From contig JAWKSK010000002.1 of assembly GCA_041389145.1 (NCBI GenBank), positions 3,311 through 67,310 on the forward strand: a stretch of DNA of 64,000 nucleotides, given 5' to 3'. The notes under the pieces were generated by a model. It was not told the DNA's origin, ran no database searches, and saw only the letters and a list, made by a program, of their open reading frames with translations. Shown here one piece after another: positions 52,198 through 62,906 of this stretch; positions within the stretch are counted from its first letter, which is position 1, and each line of letters opens with the position of its first letter. The position numbers and the translations under genes were made by a program. The stretch comes from Patescibacteria group bacterium (GTDB lineage Bacteria; Patescibacteriota; Kazan-3B-28).

Positions 52198-53298
52198 ATG
52201 GCAATAGAATTTGATATTAAACACAGGCAAAAAAGAGCCAGGTTGGGTGTCGTTCACACTGACCATGGTAGTTTTACAACTCCCACGGTAACCACTAACT
52301 TTACACCAGCATTGCTGAGAACTGGATTAACTCCAGATGAAGTAGCAGAGCTGGGAGTTGAGTTGTTGTTGGTCAATACATTGCATGCAGAACTAGCAGG
52401 GGTAGATGACGTGCATCGGTTTTTGAATTGGAATGGTCCAGTAATTGCTGATTCGGGTGGGTATCAGATGATTAGTTTGGCGCAGAAGTTAAAGATCCAA
52501 AACGATGGAGTCGAATTTGAAATGGATGGGAAGCAGATTAAGATGACTCCAGAAAAAGTTTTAGAGATACAGAGAAGAATTGGGATCGATATGATGATGC
52601 CCTTAGATTTTGTAGTAGATGTGAGACGGCATAATGTCTGGACTTTTGTAAGTGCGGTATTAAAAACAGAGGCTTGGTTTAAGCAAGCATACAAAACTGG
52701 TTCAGAAAATTTGTACTACATAGTACAGGGTGGAACTAGTAGTTTGGCTCGGAGTATTAGTTTAAGGTTTGCAAATAAATGGTTTAGTAGGGGAGTGCAG
52801 CTAATGGCACTGGGAGGAATTTCTTTAGGTGAATCATCTAATGCAATTCATCAGACAGTGGAATATTGTTGTGCAAGATTACCAGAAAAAGCTCCACGGC
52901 ATTTATTGGGAGTGGGGAGGCCAGTTGATTTAGTAAAGGGTGTGATGGCAGGTATTGATACTTTTGATTGCGTTGCCATTACCAGAGAAGCTAGACATGG
53001 AAGATTATGGGTAGATGGGGGAATGGTGAGATTGACCCAGGGTGGATATGTAGATGATAATCGGGTAATTGAAGATGGATGTGATTGTCCAACATGTATG
53101 GGTGGGGTTACCAGAGCAAGTTTGCGAGCTGGTCTTAAATCTAAAGATGCAAGATTGAAGAACAAGACTCAAATACTGCTGATGAAACATAATATTAGGT
53201 ATGTAATGAGGCTAGTGGAGCAACTGAGGGAAGAGATCAAAAATGGAGACCTAGAGCGGTTTTATTCTGAATGGGTAAAGCGTAATGTGGTTGACTAA
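52198..53298 (+). CDS. tgt: tRNA-guanine transglycosylase family protein (divergent)
   Basis: ARLG, DSGGYQ, IVQGG, HLLGVG, DTFDCV, zinc site CDCPTC...HN. Confidence 0.88.
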   Translation: MAIEFDIKHRQKRARLGVVHTDHGSFTTPTVTTNFTPALLRTGLTPDEVAELGVELLLVNTLHAELAGVDDVHRFLNWNGPVIADSGGYQMISLAQKLKIQNDGVEFEMDGKQIKMTPEKVLEIQRRIGIDMMMPLDFVVDVRRHNVWTFVSAVLKTEAWFKQAYKTGSENLYYIVQGGTSSLARSISLRFANKWFSRGVQLMALGGISLGESSNAIHQTVEYCCARLPEKAPRHLLGVGRPVDLVKGVMAGIDTFDCVAITREARHGRLWVDGGMVRLTQGGYVDDNRVIEDGCDCPTCMGGVTRASLRAGLKSKDARLKNKTQILLMKHNIRYVMRLVEQLREEIKNGDLERFYSEWVKRNVVD

Positions 53299-53399
53299 TT
53301 TTAGTTTTTATGGTGTACTTTGGGTAACTTGATCTTATGACAAGACTAGATGAATAAATTGCAGTTACAAACTGTGATTCAGCGCTTCTGTAATAGGAA

Positions 53400-54083
53400 G
53401 TGAGTAATAAGGAGAAGGCTGTGTTTTCTAACATGTTGTATGAACTCAGGTACTTCCTGGGCAAGAACTGGCCGATTGTCAGCGTGATTGCTCTTGGGGT
53501 GATCCTGTTCTTCACCCAGAGCACGTGGATGCCGATGGTGGAAATGATGTCAAAGCCGACCGCGGCACATGCTCAGGCCAGCGTTGACACTGGAGCTCAG
53601 AGTCTGATGGCCGAGATGGCTGCAAACCCGGATGACCCCAACTTCGGCGGAGGTGCTGTGAGTAGCCCTGATGATTCAAGCGTGCCAGCCAAGGGTGGAC
53701 GGGTGAATGCTTCTGACCTGACACCATGTCGCAATCAGCCAGTTATGGGTTCAGAGCTGGGTCCTGCCTATCTTGGTGCCAACGTTCAACTTCCAGCTAC
53801 CATTAACCGTATCAGTTCCGATACTATCTTCTTCAAGTGTAGCGGTGATATAGCCAGCAAGGTTGAATACGATGGTTTGTACTATGTGCAAATCATGGAC
53901 GAACCGGTGAAGTGGGCGGGGTCCAGTTCCTATGGTTCGGCGGCAGTGGCTCGGCCATGTGAAGTGAAGAAGGTGCGGGGTGGCGTTGAATGTACTCTGG
54001 TTGGAATGGAGCGAGGCAAGTCCTACCTGATACCAGATGCGGCATCTAACACCAGCTCAAGAGCCTACCTGGTTCGCAAGTAG
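53400..54083 (+). CDS. Orphan membrane-anchored or secreted protein
   Basis: TM IVSVIALGVILFF, low-complexity linker, 4-Cys beta-rich domain; terminator at 54105-54140. Confidence 0.7.
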   Translation: MSNKEKAVFSNMLYELRYFLGKNWPIVSVIALGVILFFTQSTWMPMVEMMSKPTAAHAQASVDTGAQSLMAEMAANPDDPNFGGGAVSSPDDSSVPAKGGRVNASDLTPCRNQPVMGSELGPAYLGANVQLPATINRISSDTIFFKCSGDIASKVEYDGLYYVQIMDEPVKWAGSSSYGSAAVARPCEVKKVRGGVECTLVGMERGKSYLIPDAASNTSSRAYLVRK

Positions 54084-54155
54084 GAAGAACATCTAGTCAC
54101 AACGAAAAGGTGAGTCGCATGGAAGCGGCCCACCTTTTTTCAATACCAGTATTGT

Positions 54156-55139
54156 TTAGAAGAGGCTATTAAAGAAGTTAACGATGCCGGTTACCGCATT
54201 GTTAATTACAGTTTGGAGCTGCTGAGAAAGTGTAGGTGAAGTTGGTTCTTGGGTAACAGGATCTGGTTCAGAAGTGGTTGCAGGTGGGGTGATTGTAGTT
54301 CCGGTTCCTGTTGTGAGGTTTGGATTGGTCACCACCACTCTAGCCGATGCGGATAGATTTCCATATGAAGCGGTAATCTGTACGTCGCCAGTAGCAATTC
54401 CGGTAACGGTGCCATCGTTTGCTACGGTGGCAATATTTGAGTTGCTGGTTCTCCAGGAGACAGCACCAGAAATATTTACATTGTTGTTTTTGTCATCTAA
54501 TGCGAGGACTAGGAATTTACGGGTAGAGCCAATGTTTAACTCTGTGGAGGTTGGAGCAATGTAGATAGCTTTAACGGTGGTGGTAGGAATGAGTGGGGTG
54601 GTACCAGGTGCGGTTTTGCTAAGTGATCTGAGGCTAACGCTTCCGTCTGTAATGATTTGAAGATTTTTAGTTCCTGATAAATCTAATGGTTGGGAACGAG
54701 AGGTTACAAGTTGATCGTTTACTAAAATCTGAGCATCTCTTCCGTCTCCACTAAAGTCGAGATACCAAGGGGTGGAGTTGAGGCTGTCGTCTAGAGCAAG
54801 GTTTAGCTGGTAGCGGTCGTTAGGATTAATGAGTTCAACACTCTGGTCGGTAAAGTACTGGGAACCACCTTCTAGGTGATTGATGTAAAGGTAACCGGCA
54901 ATTTTCTGGCCAAAAGCAATTCCAGTGTAGCTAGTACCTTGATATCTAATTTGATTGGCTCCAGAAATTGGGGTTTGGGAAATTGTAATAACTTCTGAAT
55001 TATTGCCCTGTGGTTCATGGGTGATTTTGTAGGCATAGGCTGAACCTACAATAAATGCCAATAAAGCAAATATGGCGAGAGCAATTTCTAGCTCACCATG
55101 AATGAATTCTAGTTTTTTATGAGAACGTGGTTTTTTCAT
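54156..55139 (-). CDS. Membrane-anchored Ig-like (Big_2) protein
   Basis: VSWRTSNSNIATVANDGTVTGIATGDVQITASY. Confidence 0.85.
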   Translation of the reverse strand: MKKPRSHKKLEFIHGELEIALAIFALLAFIVGSAYAYKITHEPQGNNSEVITISQTPISGANQIRYQGTSYTGIAFGQKIAGYLYINHLEGGSQYFTDQSVELINPNDRYQLNLALDDSLNSTPWYLDFSGDGRDAQILVNDQLVTSRSQPLDLSGTKNLQIITDGSVSLRSLSKTAPGTTPLIPTTTVKAIYIAPTSTELNIGSTRKFLVLALDDKNNNVNISGAVSWRTSNSNIATVANDGTVTGIATGDVQITASYGNLSASARVVVTNPNLTTGTGTTITPPATTSEPDPVTQEPTSPTLSQQLQTVINNAVTGIVNFFNSLF

Positions 55140-55249
55140 TTAAGTGGCTTTATTGTATCAGAAATAAAGAGTCCTTCTAAGGTGTAGAAGGCTTGAGAAA
55201 TTGAGTATTTTCTGGTAATTTACTAGTTGTCATTTTCTCGGAGGATAAT

Positions 55250-55471
55250 ATGGTTATTTCTGTGGGTGATGGCAATCCAAGTGCATTGTTTCATATTTAT
55301 TCTAAAGTAAGGGATGGGAAGGAGCTGTCTCCTGAAGAGAAGGAGCTACTTACCATTATCGATCCCAAAACTTATAGAAAGCGAATGCTTTCAGCTGATG
55401 AGCTTTATAGCATGCTAATGTCCGATAGTGGCATTGGGGCCTACAACCCAAGATATGATGGGATGAGATAA
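55250..55471 (+). CDS. Orphan small protein
   Basis: SD GGAGG; hairpin at 55491-55512. Confidence 0.6.
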   Translation: MVISVGDGNPSALFHIYSKVRDGKELSPEEKELLTIIDPKTYRKRMLSADELYSMLMSDSGIGAYNPRYDGMR

Positions 55472-55540
55472 AGCACTGCTGTACCAAACAGGGATCTGCT
55501 TCGGCGGATCCCTTCATTCTTTTTATGCTAATATAGCTAT

Positions 55541-56626
55541 ATGCTTTACGCAGTTATTATTGCTGGTGGACAGGGAACAAGGTTGTGGCCAGCAAGTCGA
55601 AAAAACAGTCCAAAACAGTTAAAGCCCTTTGCAGGGGGCGAGTCTTTGTTGCAAAGAACTTACAAGCGAGTAGCTAAGATTGTTCCACATGAAAGAATTT
55701 ACGTGGAAACCAATGCAGATTATGCAGAGGAGTTTTTGGCACAGATTCCAGAACTGACAAGTGATCGGATGATATTAGAGCCAGAAGGAAAGAACACTGC
55801 ACCAGCAGTGGGATTAGCAGCTGCAGTTTTGCACGAGATTGATCCAGAGGCCACGATGATAAATATCTGGTCTGATCATTTTTATGATGATGAAGCTGGT
55901 TATTTGCAGATGGTGGAGACTGTTCAGGCAGCGGTTGAGAAAAACCCAGATTATGTGGTGGGGATTCAAGCAATTCCAACATATCCTGCGACTGGATTTG
56001 GTTATCTTGAGGCAGGTGAGGTAATTGAAAAAACAGATGCATACACCTTGTATAAGTGTGAGCGATTTGTAGAGAAGCCTGATTTAGAAACTGCTAAGCA
56101 GTTCTTGGCTACTGGTAAGTATTACTGGAATACAGCAAACTTTATTTGGAAGGTAAAAACCTTACTTAATATGTATCAAGAGTATGCTCCCGAGGTTCAT
56201 GCTGGAATTATGAAGTCAGCTAGTGCATGGAATAGCGGTGAATGGAGCAAGGTGGTAGCTGAGGAATTTTCTAAAATGCCATCGATTGCAATTGATTATC
56301 TGATTTTTGAAAAAGCTAACAATATTGCCTTTATACCAGCTCGAATTGGTTGGAAGGATGTGGGTAGCTGGAAGGTGGTCTATGACGTCTTGTCACAGGC
56401 TGAGGGGAGCGGATTAGTCACTCGAGGCAAAGTAGTGACTATGGATGCGGAAAACTCTTTGATTTTTAACGAAAATCAGAGTAAGCTAGTGGCTGTCGCG
56501 GGGGTTGATGACCTGGTGGTAGTGGATACCCCTGATGCCTTGCTGGTGATGAAAAAAAGTAGGGATCAGGAGATTAAACAGGTAGTAGCTCAGATACGCG
56601 AAATGGGGGATGATCAGTACTTATAA
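55541..56626 (+). CDS. manC: Mannose-1-phosphate guanylyltransferase
   Basis: IIAGGQGTRLWPASR..PKQ, EPEGKNTAPA, FVEKP, WKDVGSW. Confidence 0.93.
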   Translation: MLYAVIIAGGQGTRLWPASRKNSPKQLKPFAGGESLLQRTYKRVAKIVPHERIYVETNADYAEEFLAQIPELTSDRMILEPEGKNTAPAVGLAAAVLHEIDPEATMINIWSDHFYDDEAGYLQMVETVQAAVEKNPDYVVGIQAIPTYPATGFGYLEAGEVIEKTDAYTLYKCERFVEKPDLETAKQFLATGKYYWNTANFIWKVKTLLNMYQEYAPEVHAGIMKSASAWNSGEWSKVVAEEFSKMPSIAIDYLIFEKANNIAFIPARIGWKDVGSWKVVYDVLSQAEGSGLVTRGKVVTMDAENSLIFNENQSKLVAVAGVDDLVVVDTPDALLVMKKSRDQEIKQVVAQIREMGDDQYL

Positions 56627-56641
56627 ATTGCTAGTAATTCA

Positions 56642-57973
56642 GTGCAAATGTTTAAGAAATATTTTACCTACGGATTAATCATTGTGGCCCTATTGGGTTC
56701 AATTGTGGTTGATTTTCCAGGGGTAGCTAACTTCCTAGGAATTGGTGGAAACTTTAAAGTACGCCAAGGCTTAGACTTACAAGGTGGTACCCAGCTGGTT
56801 TATCAGACCGATATTAGTAAAGTTCCTTTAGGGGAAGAGGATGATTCTGTAACTGGAGTTGTTGAGGTGATTAGAAATCGTGTCGACAGCTTGGGAGTTG
56901 CTGAACCAGTAATCCAAAAGACCAGTAATAATGATCGGGTAATCGTAGAATTACCTGGTATTTCTGATATCAATGAAGCGATTGATTTAATTGGGGCAAC
57001 CGCCCAGCTTGAGTTTAGAGAAGGAATTCTGGATAAGAGTATCGATGCTAATGGACAAATCTTATCTTCTAACTATGAGGATTGGGCAGACGTTGGTCTA
57101 ACTGGTGCAAACTTTGTTAAAGCCCAAGTGCAGTTTGATCAGAGTCAGAGTGCTGTGATTGCACGTCCCCAAATTGGAATTAGCTTTGATGCAGAAGGAA
57201 GAGATAAGTTTGCAGAAGTAACTGGTAGAAACATTGATAAGCCAATTGCTATCTTCTTGGATAACGAAATTTTATCTGCTCCAACCGTGCAGACTAAGAT
57301 TGATTCCGAGAGTGCTGTGATTAATGGAAACTTCGATATTGAAGAGGCTAAGCTTTTAGCAATTCAGTTGAATGCTGGTGCGTTGCCAGTTCCAATCACT
57401 TTAATTTCTCAGAACAACATCGGAGCAACACTAGGCAGTGAAGCAGTAGAGAAGAGCGTAGTTGCTGGAATTTTGGGTCTACTGTTAGTCATGTTATTCA
57501 TGATTCTTTACTATCGCTTACCAGGTATTTTGGCTGCCCTTGCCTTGGTGTTTTACACCTTGCTATCAATGGCTATCTTTATCTCAATTCCAGTAACCTT
57601 AACCATTGCTGGTATTGCTGGTTTCATTCTGTCTATTGGTATGGCAATTGATGCCAACATTCTGATTTTTGAAAGAATGAAAGAAGAATTACGCGAAGGT
57701 GCAAGCTTGTTAGTTGCAATTGAACAAGCCTTTAAGAGAGCTTGGAGTTCGATTAGAGATTCGAACTTCTCATCTTTGATTACTGCAGCCATTCTGTATG
57801 GATTTGGTTCAGGAACAATTAAAGGATTTGCTCTTACCTTAGGAATTGGTATTTTGGTCAGTATGTTTACTGCCATGACCGTAACCCAGGTAATGATGAA
57901 GTTAATGGCCAGTACAAGCTTGAAGAACAGAATGGGCTTGTGGATTAACGGATGGAATGGAGGAAAAGTATGA
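56642..57973 (+). CDS. secD: Protein translocase subunit SecD
   Basis: GLDLQGG, NRVDSLGVAEP, GALPVP, GMAIDANILIFER. Confidence 0.97.
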   Translation: MQMFKKYFTYGLIIVALLGSIVVDFPGVANFLGIGGNFKVRQGLDLQGGTQLVYQTDISKVPLGEEDDSVTGVVEVIRNRVDSLGVAEPVIQKTSNNDRVIVELPGISDINEAIDLIGATAQLEFREGILDKSIDANGQILSSNYEDWADVGLTGANFVKAQVQFDQSQSAVIARPQIGISFDAEGRDKFAEVTGRNIDKPIAIFLDNEILSAPTVQTKIDSESAVINGNFDIEEAKLLAIQLNAGALPVPITLISQNNIGATLGSEAVEKSVVAGILGLLLVMLFMILYYRLPGILAALALVFYTLLSMAIFISIPVTLTIAGIAGFILSIGMAIDANILIFERMKEELREGASLLVAIEQAFKRAWSSIRDSNFSSLITAAILYGFGSGTIKGFALTLGIGILVSMFTAMTVTQVMMKLMASTSLKNRMGLWINGWNGGKV

Positions 57974-58887
57974 ATATCGTAAAATACAGAGCTTGGTGGT
58001 TAGGTTTCTCAGGATTGTTAGTAGTTGCTAGTTTGGCTGCTATCTTTACCTATGGTTACCGCTTGGGCATTGATTTTGCTGGTGGAACTAACCTTGAGGT
58101 TCAATTGAGAGAGATTAATACTGAAGCCCTAGAAACTGGACTTGAAGAGTACTTGGTTACAACTTATAAGGATGTAACTGGGTTTGATACCGCAGCTCAG
58201 AGTACTGGTGAGGATCGGTACTTATTGAAGAGTCAGGTAATTGATAACGACACCAAGAATAACTGGATTACCACCATCTCCGCCAACATGGCTGTGGATG
58301 AATTGCGGTTTGAAACAGTGAGTCCAGTAATTGGTGGAGAGGCAGTGCGTAAGACCATCTTGGCAGTGTTGCTCGCAATTATTGTGATCTTGTTGTACTT
58401 GGCATATTCTTTCCGTAAAGTTCCAAAGCCAGCTAGTGCTTGGAGATTTGGAGTAGCTACCATTATTGCTTTGACTCATGACGTTATTATTCTGATGGGT
58501 ACCTATGCAATCTTGGGTCAGTTCTTTGGAGCGGAAGTGGATGCCATGTTTATGACGGCCATGTTGACTCTGCTTGGGTTCTCTGTACATGACACCATTG
58601 TTACTTTCGATAGGTTGCGTGAGAACTTGATTCGTCAGGGTGGTGATAACTTTGCTACTAAGGTAAACAACAGTATTATCGAAACAATTACACGTTCGAT
58701 TAACACTTCCTTCACCGTGGTTCTAGTATTGTTGGCAATGGTATTGATGGGTGGTGGTTCTATCTTCTTCTTCACTCTGTCATTGTTGATTGGAATCATT
58801 ATTGGTACTTACTCATCTATCTTTGTGGCCTCCATGGTATTGCTGTGGTGGCAGTCCAGAGCAGAGCGAGCTTTGTTGAAGCAGTAA
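57970..58887 (+). CDS. secF: Protein translocase subunit SecF
   Basis: LGIDFAGGT, HDV, GFSVHDTIVTFDRLRE, GTYSSIFVAS; ATGA overlap with secD. Confidence 0.97.
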   Translation: MNIVKYRAWWLGFSGLLVVASLAAIFTYGYRLGIDFAGGTNLEVQLREINTEALETGLEEYLVTTYKDVTGFDTAAQSTGEDRYLLKSQVIDNDTKNNWITTISANMAVDELRFETVSPVIGGEAVRKTILAVLLAIIVILLYLAYSFRKVPKPASAWRFGVATIIALTHDVIILMGTYAILGQFFGAEVDAMFMTAMLTLLGFSVHDTIVTFDRLRENLIRQGGDNFATKVNNSIIETITRSINTSFTVVLVLLAMVLMGGGSIFFFTLSLLIGIIIGTYSSIFVASMVLLWWQSRAERALLKQ

Positions 58888-59439
58888 CTAAGTGTGAAAT
58901 AAAAAGTGGGAGTACGCGAGTTGCGTACTCCCTTTTACTTTACCGTATCAAGAAGTGATTAAGTGCTGCATGGGGATTCTCTCCTTGGCATGCACAACCG
59001 AGCCAGACCCCACAGATAGGGAATTCATGGGATATCCAGTAGCGGTGTGAGGGCTACTTACCACGGATACAGGAACCCATCCACATATTGTGGCTTTGCT
59101 CGTCCAGTCTAATGAACGTGTCTGTGTATTCAGATAATCTCGTTCTTGATTCACCCCTGGCAATATATGCCATGCGATTCGGGCTTCGGCTCCCAAAGCT
59201 CTGGTGGAGTTGTTTTTGAGATATGCCTGATTCTCTCAAATGTTGCCGTCTATTACAGTCGCATCTCCGGTATGTCAGCCGATGCGATGAGGGTGGAGGT
59301 AAAAATGAGGTGCCGTGAGTAATATGTAGTACTAGAGCGGATTTTTATAGTCAATAAGACATCTTGGATTGACTATGCGATATGATCAATCGACAATATA
59401 GGTGGTTTGCAACTTACGGCCAAAGGAGGTGATAGTAAG

Positions 59440-59841
59440 TTGAAGTACCTTGGTATCACAATTGCTAGTGATCTTAGGATTACACGTGTTGATGTTATGG
59501 ACGAGACGATACCGCACTTATTGAATACGGGAATGATTTGTTTGGTGCGGAAAGACCTACCGGATAAGGATCAGAACAAGATCCACTATGTGTTGATCGA
59601 TGAAAATCGATCGCAGATGGTGATTAGCCGGTATTTTGACGAAGAAGGAGTCGAGTTAATCGCTAAAATTGCAATAGCGGTAATGCGTGATGAAGAAGCA
59701 AAGTTTGAACTTTCTGACATCATTTATGCATTACTGCCAATTGGAAGCGAAGACTCAAGATACTTCTCAGACCATCTGAAACTAATCATGTCGTCTCTGG
59801 CTGACATGATTAAGCACTATAAGATAGAGGTGGGTGTGTGA
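59440..59841 (+). CDS. Orphan protein
   Basis: SD AAGGAGGTGA before TTG 59440 (track start 59407); terminator at 59863-59899. Confidence 0.65.
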   Translation: MKYLGITIASDLRITRVDVMDETIPHLLNTGMICLVRKDLPDKDQNKIHYVLIDENRSQMVISRYFDEEGVELIAKIAIAVMRDEEAKFELSDIIYALLPIGSEDSRYFSDHLKLIMSSLADMIKHYKIEVGV

Positions 59842-59913
59842 CAATGTGGACACTGGCAAATTAGTGGGTTGGATTCCTAATAGGTTCCAGCCCACTTTTG
59901 CTAATATATAGTT

Positions 59914-61602
59914 ATGGTGACAATTGCTGTGAATAAGGCCAACTGGGAGGTGGCAAGGTTTGTAGATGTACCAGCTGAGTTGGTGGATTACAATTTTGTA
60001 ATTGCACAGTTGTTGTTAAAGCGAGGGATTGATTCAAAGCAAGCAGCAGAAAGATTCCTGTCCCCGGACCTTACGAAGTTAGCAGATCCAAAGTTAATCG
60101 CTGGCCTGATAGTAGCGGTGGAACGGATTAGAAAGGCAGTTGAGAACCAGGAGCAAGTGGTGGTGTATGGTGACTATGATGTAGATGGAGTGACTTCATC
60201 TACGGTGCTAATTGGGGTGTTAAAGGAGCTTGGTCTAAAAGCCCAAGTATATCTACCAGAACGACTAAGCGAAGGGTATGGGCTTAATGCCAAGGCCTTA
60301 GATAAGTTAAAGGCAGCGGGATGTGAGCTAGTGATTACGGTGGATAATGGGACAGTGGCGGTAGATGAGATTGCACATGCTAACAGTCTGGGGATGGAGG
60401 TAATTGTAATAGACCACCATGAACCACACGGTGAGATGCCAGATGCTGTAGCGATAGTAAATCCCAAGTTAAAGGATAGTAAGTATCCATTTAGAGAATG
60501 TGCAGCAGTTGGGGTGGTGTATCATCTGGCTCGAGAATTAGTGGGTGAGGATGAGGCACAAAAATATTTGGATCTTGTTGCGATTGGGACGATTGCAGAT
60601 GTGGTTGGGTTAGTGGAAGACAACAGAGTGTTTGCGGTAGAAGGTTTGCGTCGATTGAACTCGACTACCAGACCGGGCTTGCGGTCGCTAATGGCAGTTG
60701 CTGGCATCGGCGAAAAGGAAGTAGAAGCCTATCATATTGGGTTTCAGATTGGTCCAAGAATTAATGCTGCAGGCCGGATAGATCATGCACGATTAGCATT
60801 TGATGTATTGAATGCAGAAGATGATAAGCAGGCTATGTTGGTGGCAGAACAACTGAATAATTTAAATAGTTCAAGGCAGGAGCTGTCTTCTCAAATGCTA
60901 ATTGCAGCACAGGTTCAAGCCGAGACCAGTAACAAGAAGGTAATTGTGGTGGGGAGTGAGAGATGGTCAATTGGAGTAGCAGGAATTGTGGCAGGAAGGT
61001 TGGTGGAGCAGTTTGCAAAACCAGCATTGGTATTTGAATTTAGAGATGGGAAGGCAAAGGGATCTGCAAGAAGTGTAGATGGAGTGCACTTAGTGGAGCT
61101 AATTAGTGAAGTAGAAGAATTGGTAGAGCAGTTTGGTGGTCATGCTAAGGCGGCTGGGTTAGAAGTGGAATTGGATAGGTTTGAAGAATTTAGAGTTGCT
61201 TTAGAAAACAAAGCAGATCAGATTGCAGATGAACTATTGGTTTCTAAAGTTAGCTTGGAAATGTGGTTGGCTGCAGATCAGATAAATATGGAACTCGCAG
61301 ATAGGTTAGAGAAGTTGGCACCATATGGGTTCGGTAATCCTACTCCAACGTTTGGAGTAATGGGGATGAGTTATGTAAGCTGTCAGCCATTTGGAAACGA
61401 TAGGTTTGCTAAGTTTTTGTTTAAAGATGATGGTGGGAAATATTTGGAGTTGGTGCATTTTGGGGAATGGAAGGAATTAGCTTTGGAAATGGAGGTGGGT
61501 AAGCGGTATGATGTCGCCTTTAATATGGGGGTATCGATTTGGAGAGATAGAAAGTTTTTACAGCTTAAATTAGTAGCAATTCGGGACCAGGCTAGCAATT
61601 GA
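59914..61602 (+). CDS. recJ: ssDNA exonuclease RecJ
   Basis: YGDYDVDG, TVDNG, DHH, GPRINAAGR, GSARS, FGGHAKAAG. Confidence 0.97.
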   Translation: MVTIAVNKANWEVARFVDVPAELVDYNFVIAQLLLKRGIDSKQAAERFLSPDLTKLADPKLIAGLIVAVERIRKAVENQEQVVVYGDYDVDGVTSSTVLIGVLKELGLKAQVYLPERLSEGYGLNAKALDKLKAAGCELVITVDNGTVAVDEIAHANSLGMEVIVIDHHEPHGEMPDAVAIVNPKLKDSKYPFRECAAVGVVYHLARELVGEDEAQKYLDLVAIGTIADVVGLVEDNRVFAVEGLRRLNSTTRPGLRSLMAVAGIGEKEVEAYHIGFQIGPRINAAGRIDHARLAFDVLNAEDDKQAMLVAEQLNNLNSSRQELSSQMLIAAQVQAETSNKKVIVVGSERWSIGVAGIVAGRLVEQFAKPALVFEFRDGKAKGSARSVDGVHLVELISEVEELVEQFGGHAKAAGLEVELDRFEEFRVALENKADQIADELLVSKVSLEMWLAADQINMELADRLEKLAPYGFGNPTPTFGVMGMSYVSCQPFGNDRFAKFLFKDDGGKYLELVHFGEWKELALEMEVGKRYDVAFNMGVSIWRDRKFLQLKLVAIRDQASN

Positions 61603-61631
61603 TGGAGCTATCACTATAATAGGAAGAGACT

Positions 61632-62906
61632 ATGGCAAAAATGTTTCAAAAACCCAGGGGGACTCAAGATATTCTGCCAACGGATCAGAAGTACTGGTTT
61701 TTTGTAGAGGATAACTTTCGTGATGCAATGTTGTCGGCAGGATTTGGTCGGATTATGCTTCCGACTTTTGAAGATGCCAACTTATTCATCCGTGGGGTAG
61801 GCCAAGAAACTGACATTGTCAGTAAAGAACTGTATGAATTCAAAGATAAGAGTGGAAATAGCTTAGCTCTTCGTCCAGAAGGAACAGCTGGAGCAGTACG
61901 TGCTTATATTGAGAACGGAATGCATAAAGAACCACAACCAATTAAGTGGTTCTACTTCGCGCCAATGTATCGTTATGACAGACCACAGGCGGGTAGATAC
62001 CGTGAGTTCTATCAAGCAGGTGCTGAGTTAATTGGTGAGTTGGATCCTGCAGTAGATGCTCAGATTATTGCCTTGGCATATAAGTTCTACCAAAAGATTG
62101 GAATTGGAGATGTGGTAGTAAAGATAAATAGCCTCGGTGACACCAAGTCCAGAACCAAGATGAAGAAGGCATTGGTAGATTTCTTATCAGCACATAGGAA
62201 AGATTTGTGTAAGGACTGTAAGCGGAGAATGGTGAAAAACCCACTCCGAGTTTTGGATTGTAAGGAAAAAAGTTGCCAACCAATTGCCGATGAAGCAGGA
62301 AGTGTGTTGTTGGATAATTTGAATAAAACATCTAAGGATTTCTTTACTAAAGTTTTGGAATACTTAGATGAAATGGGAGTAAAGTACGAACTAACCCCAA
62401 GACTAGTTAGAGGGTTGGATTATTACACTCATACTGCATTTGAATTCTTTGCTAAAGAATCTGGTTTGTCATTAGGTGGGGGTGGAAGATATGACGAACT
62501 GGTAAAAACCTTGGGTGGTTCTGATGCACCAGCTATTGGATTTGCCTTAGGGGTAGAGCGCATGATTGATGTGATTAAGCAGCGCAAAATTGAAGTACCA
62601 GAACCAGTGATTGCAGAGGTATTTGTGATTCAGTTAGGAGATGAGGCAAAGAAAAAGGCAGTGGGTGTAATTTCTAAGCTTTCAGATGCTGGGTATAAGG
62701 TGGCACATGCGCTGGGTAAGGGAAATATTTCAGCCCAGATGAAGGTGGCAGATAAGATGGGTACTAAGATTGGAGTGATTATTGGTGAACGAGAAGTACA
62801 TGACGGTAATGTCATCATTAGAAACCTAATTGATAGAACCCAGGAATCAGTAGCGGATCGGGACATGGTAAAAATGTTGGAACGTAAACTGAAGGAGGTA
62901 AAGTAA
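61632..62906 (+). CDS. hisS: Histidine-tRNA ligase
   Basis: PRGTQD, LRPEGTA, RPQAGRYREF, LVRGLDYY, GGGRYD. Confidence 0.98.
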   Translation: MAKMFQKPRGTQDILPTDQKYWFFVEDNFRDAMLSAGFGRIMLPTFEDANLFIRGVGQETDIVSKELYEFKDKSGNSLALRPEGTAGAVRAYIENGMHKEPQPIKWFYFAPMYRYDRPQAGRYREFYQAGAELIGELDPAVDAQIIALAYKFYQKIGIGDVVVKINSLGDTKSRTKMKKALVDFLSAHRKDLCKDCKRRMVKNPLRVLDCKEKSCQPIADEAGSVLLDNLNKTSKDFFTKVLEYLDEMGVKYELTPRLVRGLDYYTHTAFEFFAKESGLSLGGGGRYDELVKTLGGSDAPAIGFALGVERMIDVIKQRKIEVPEPVIAEVFVIQLGDEAKKKAVGVISKLSDAGYKVAHALGKGNISAQMKVADKMGTKIGVIIGEREVHDGNVIIRNLIDRTQESVADRDMVKMLERKLKEVK

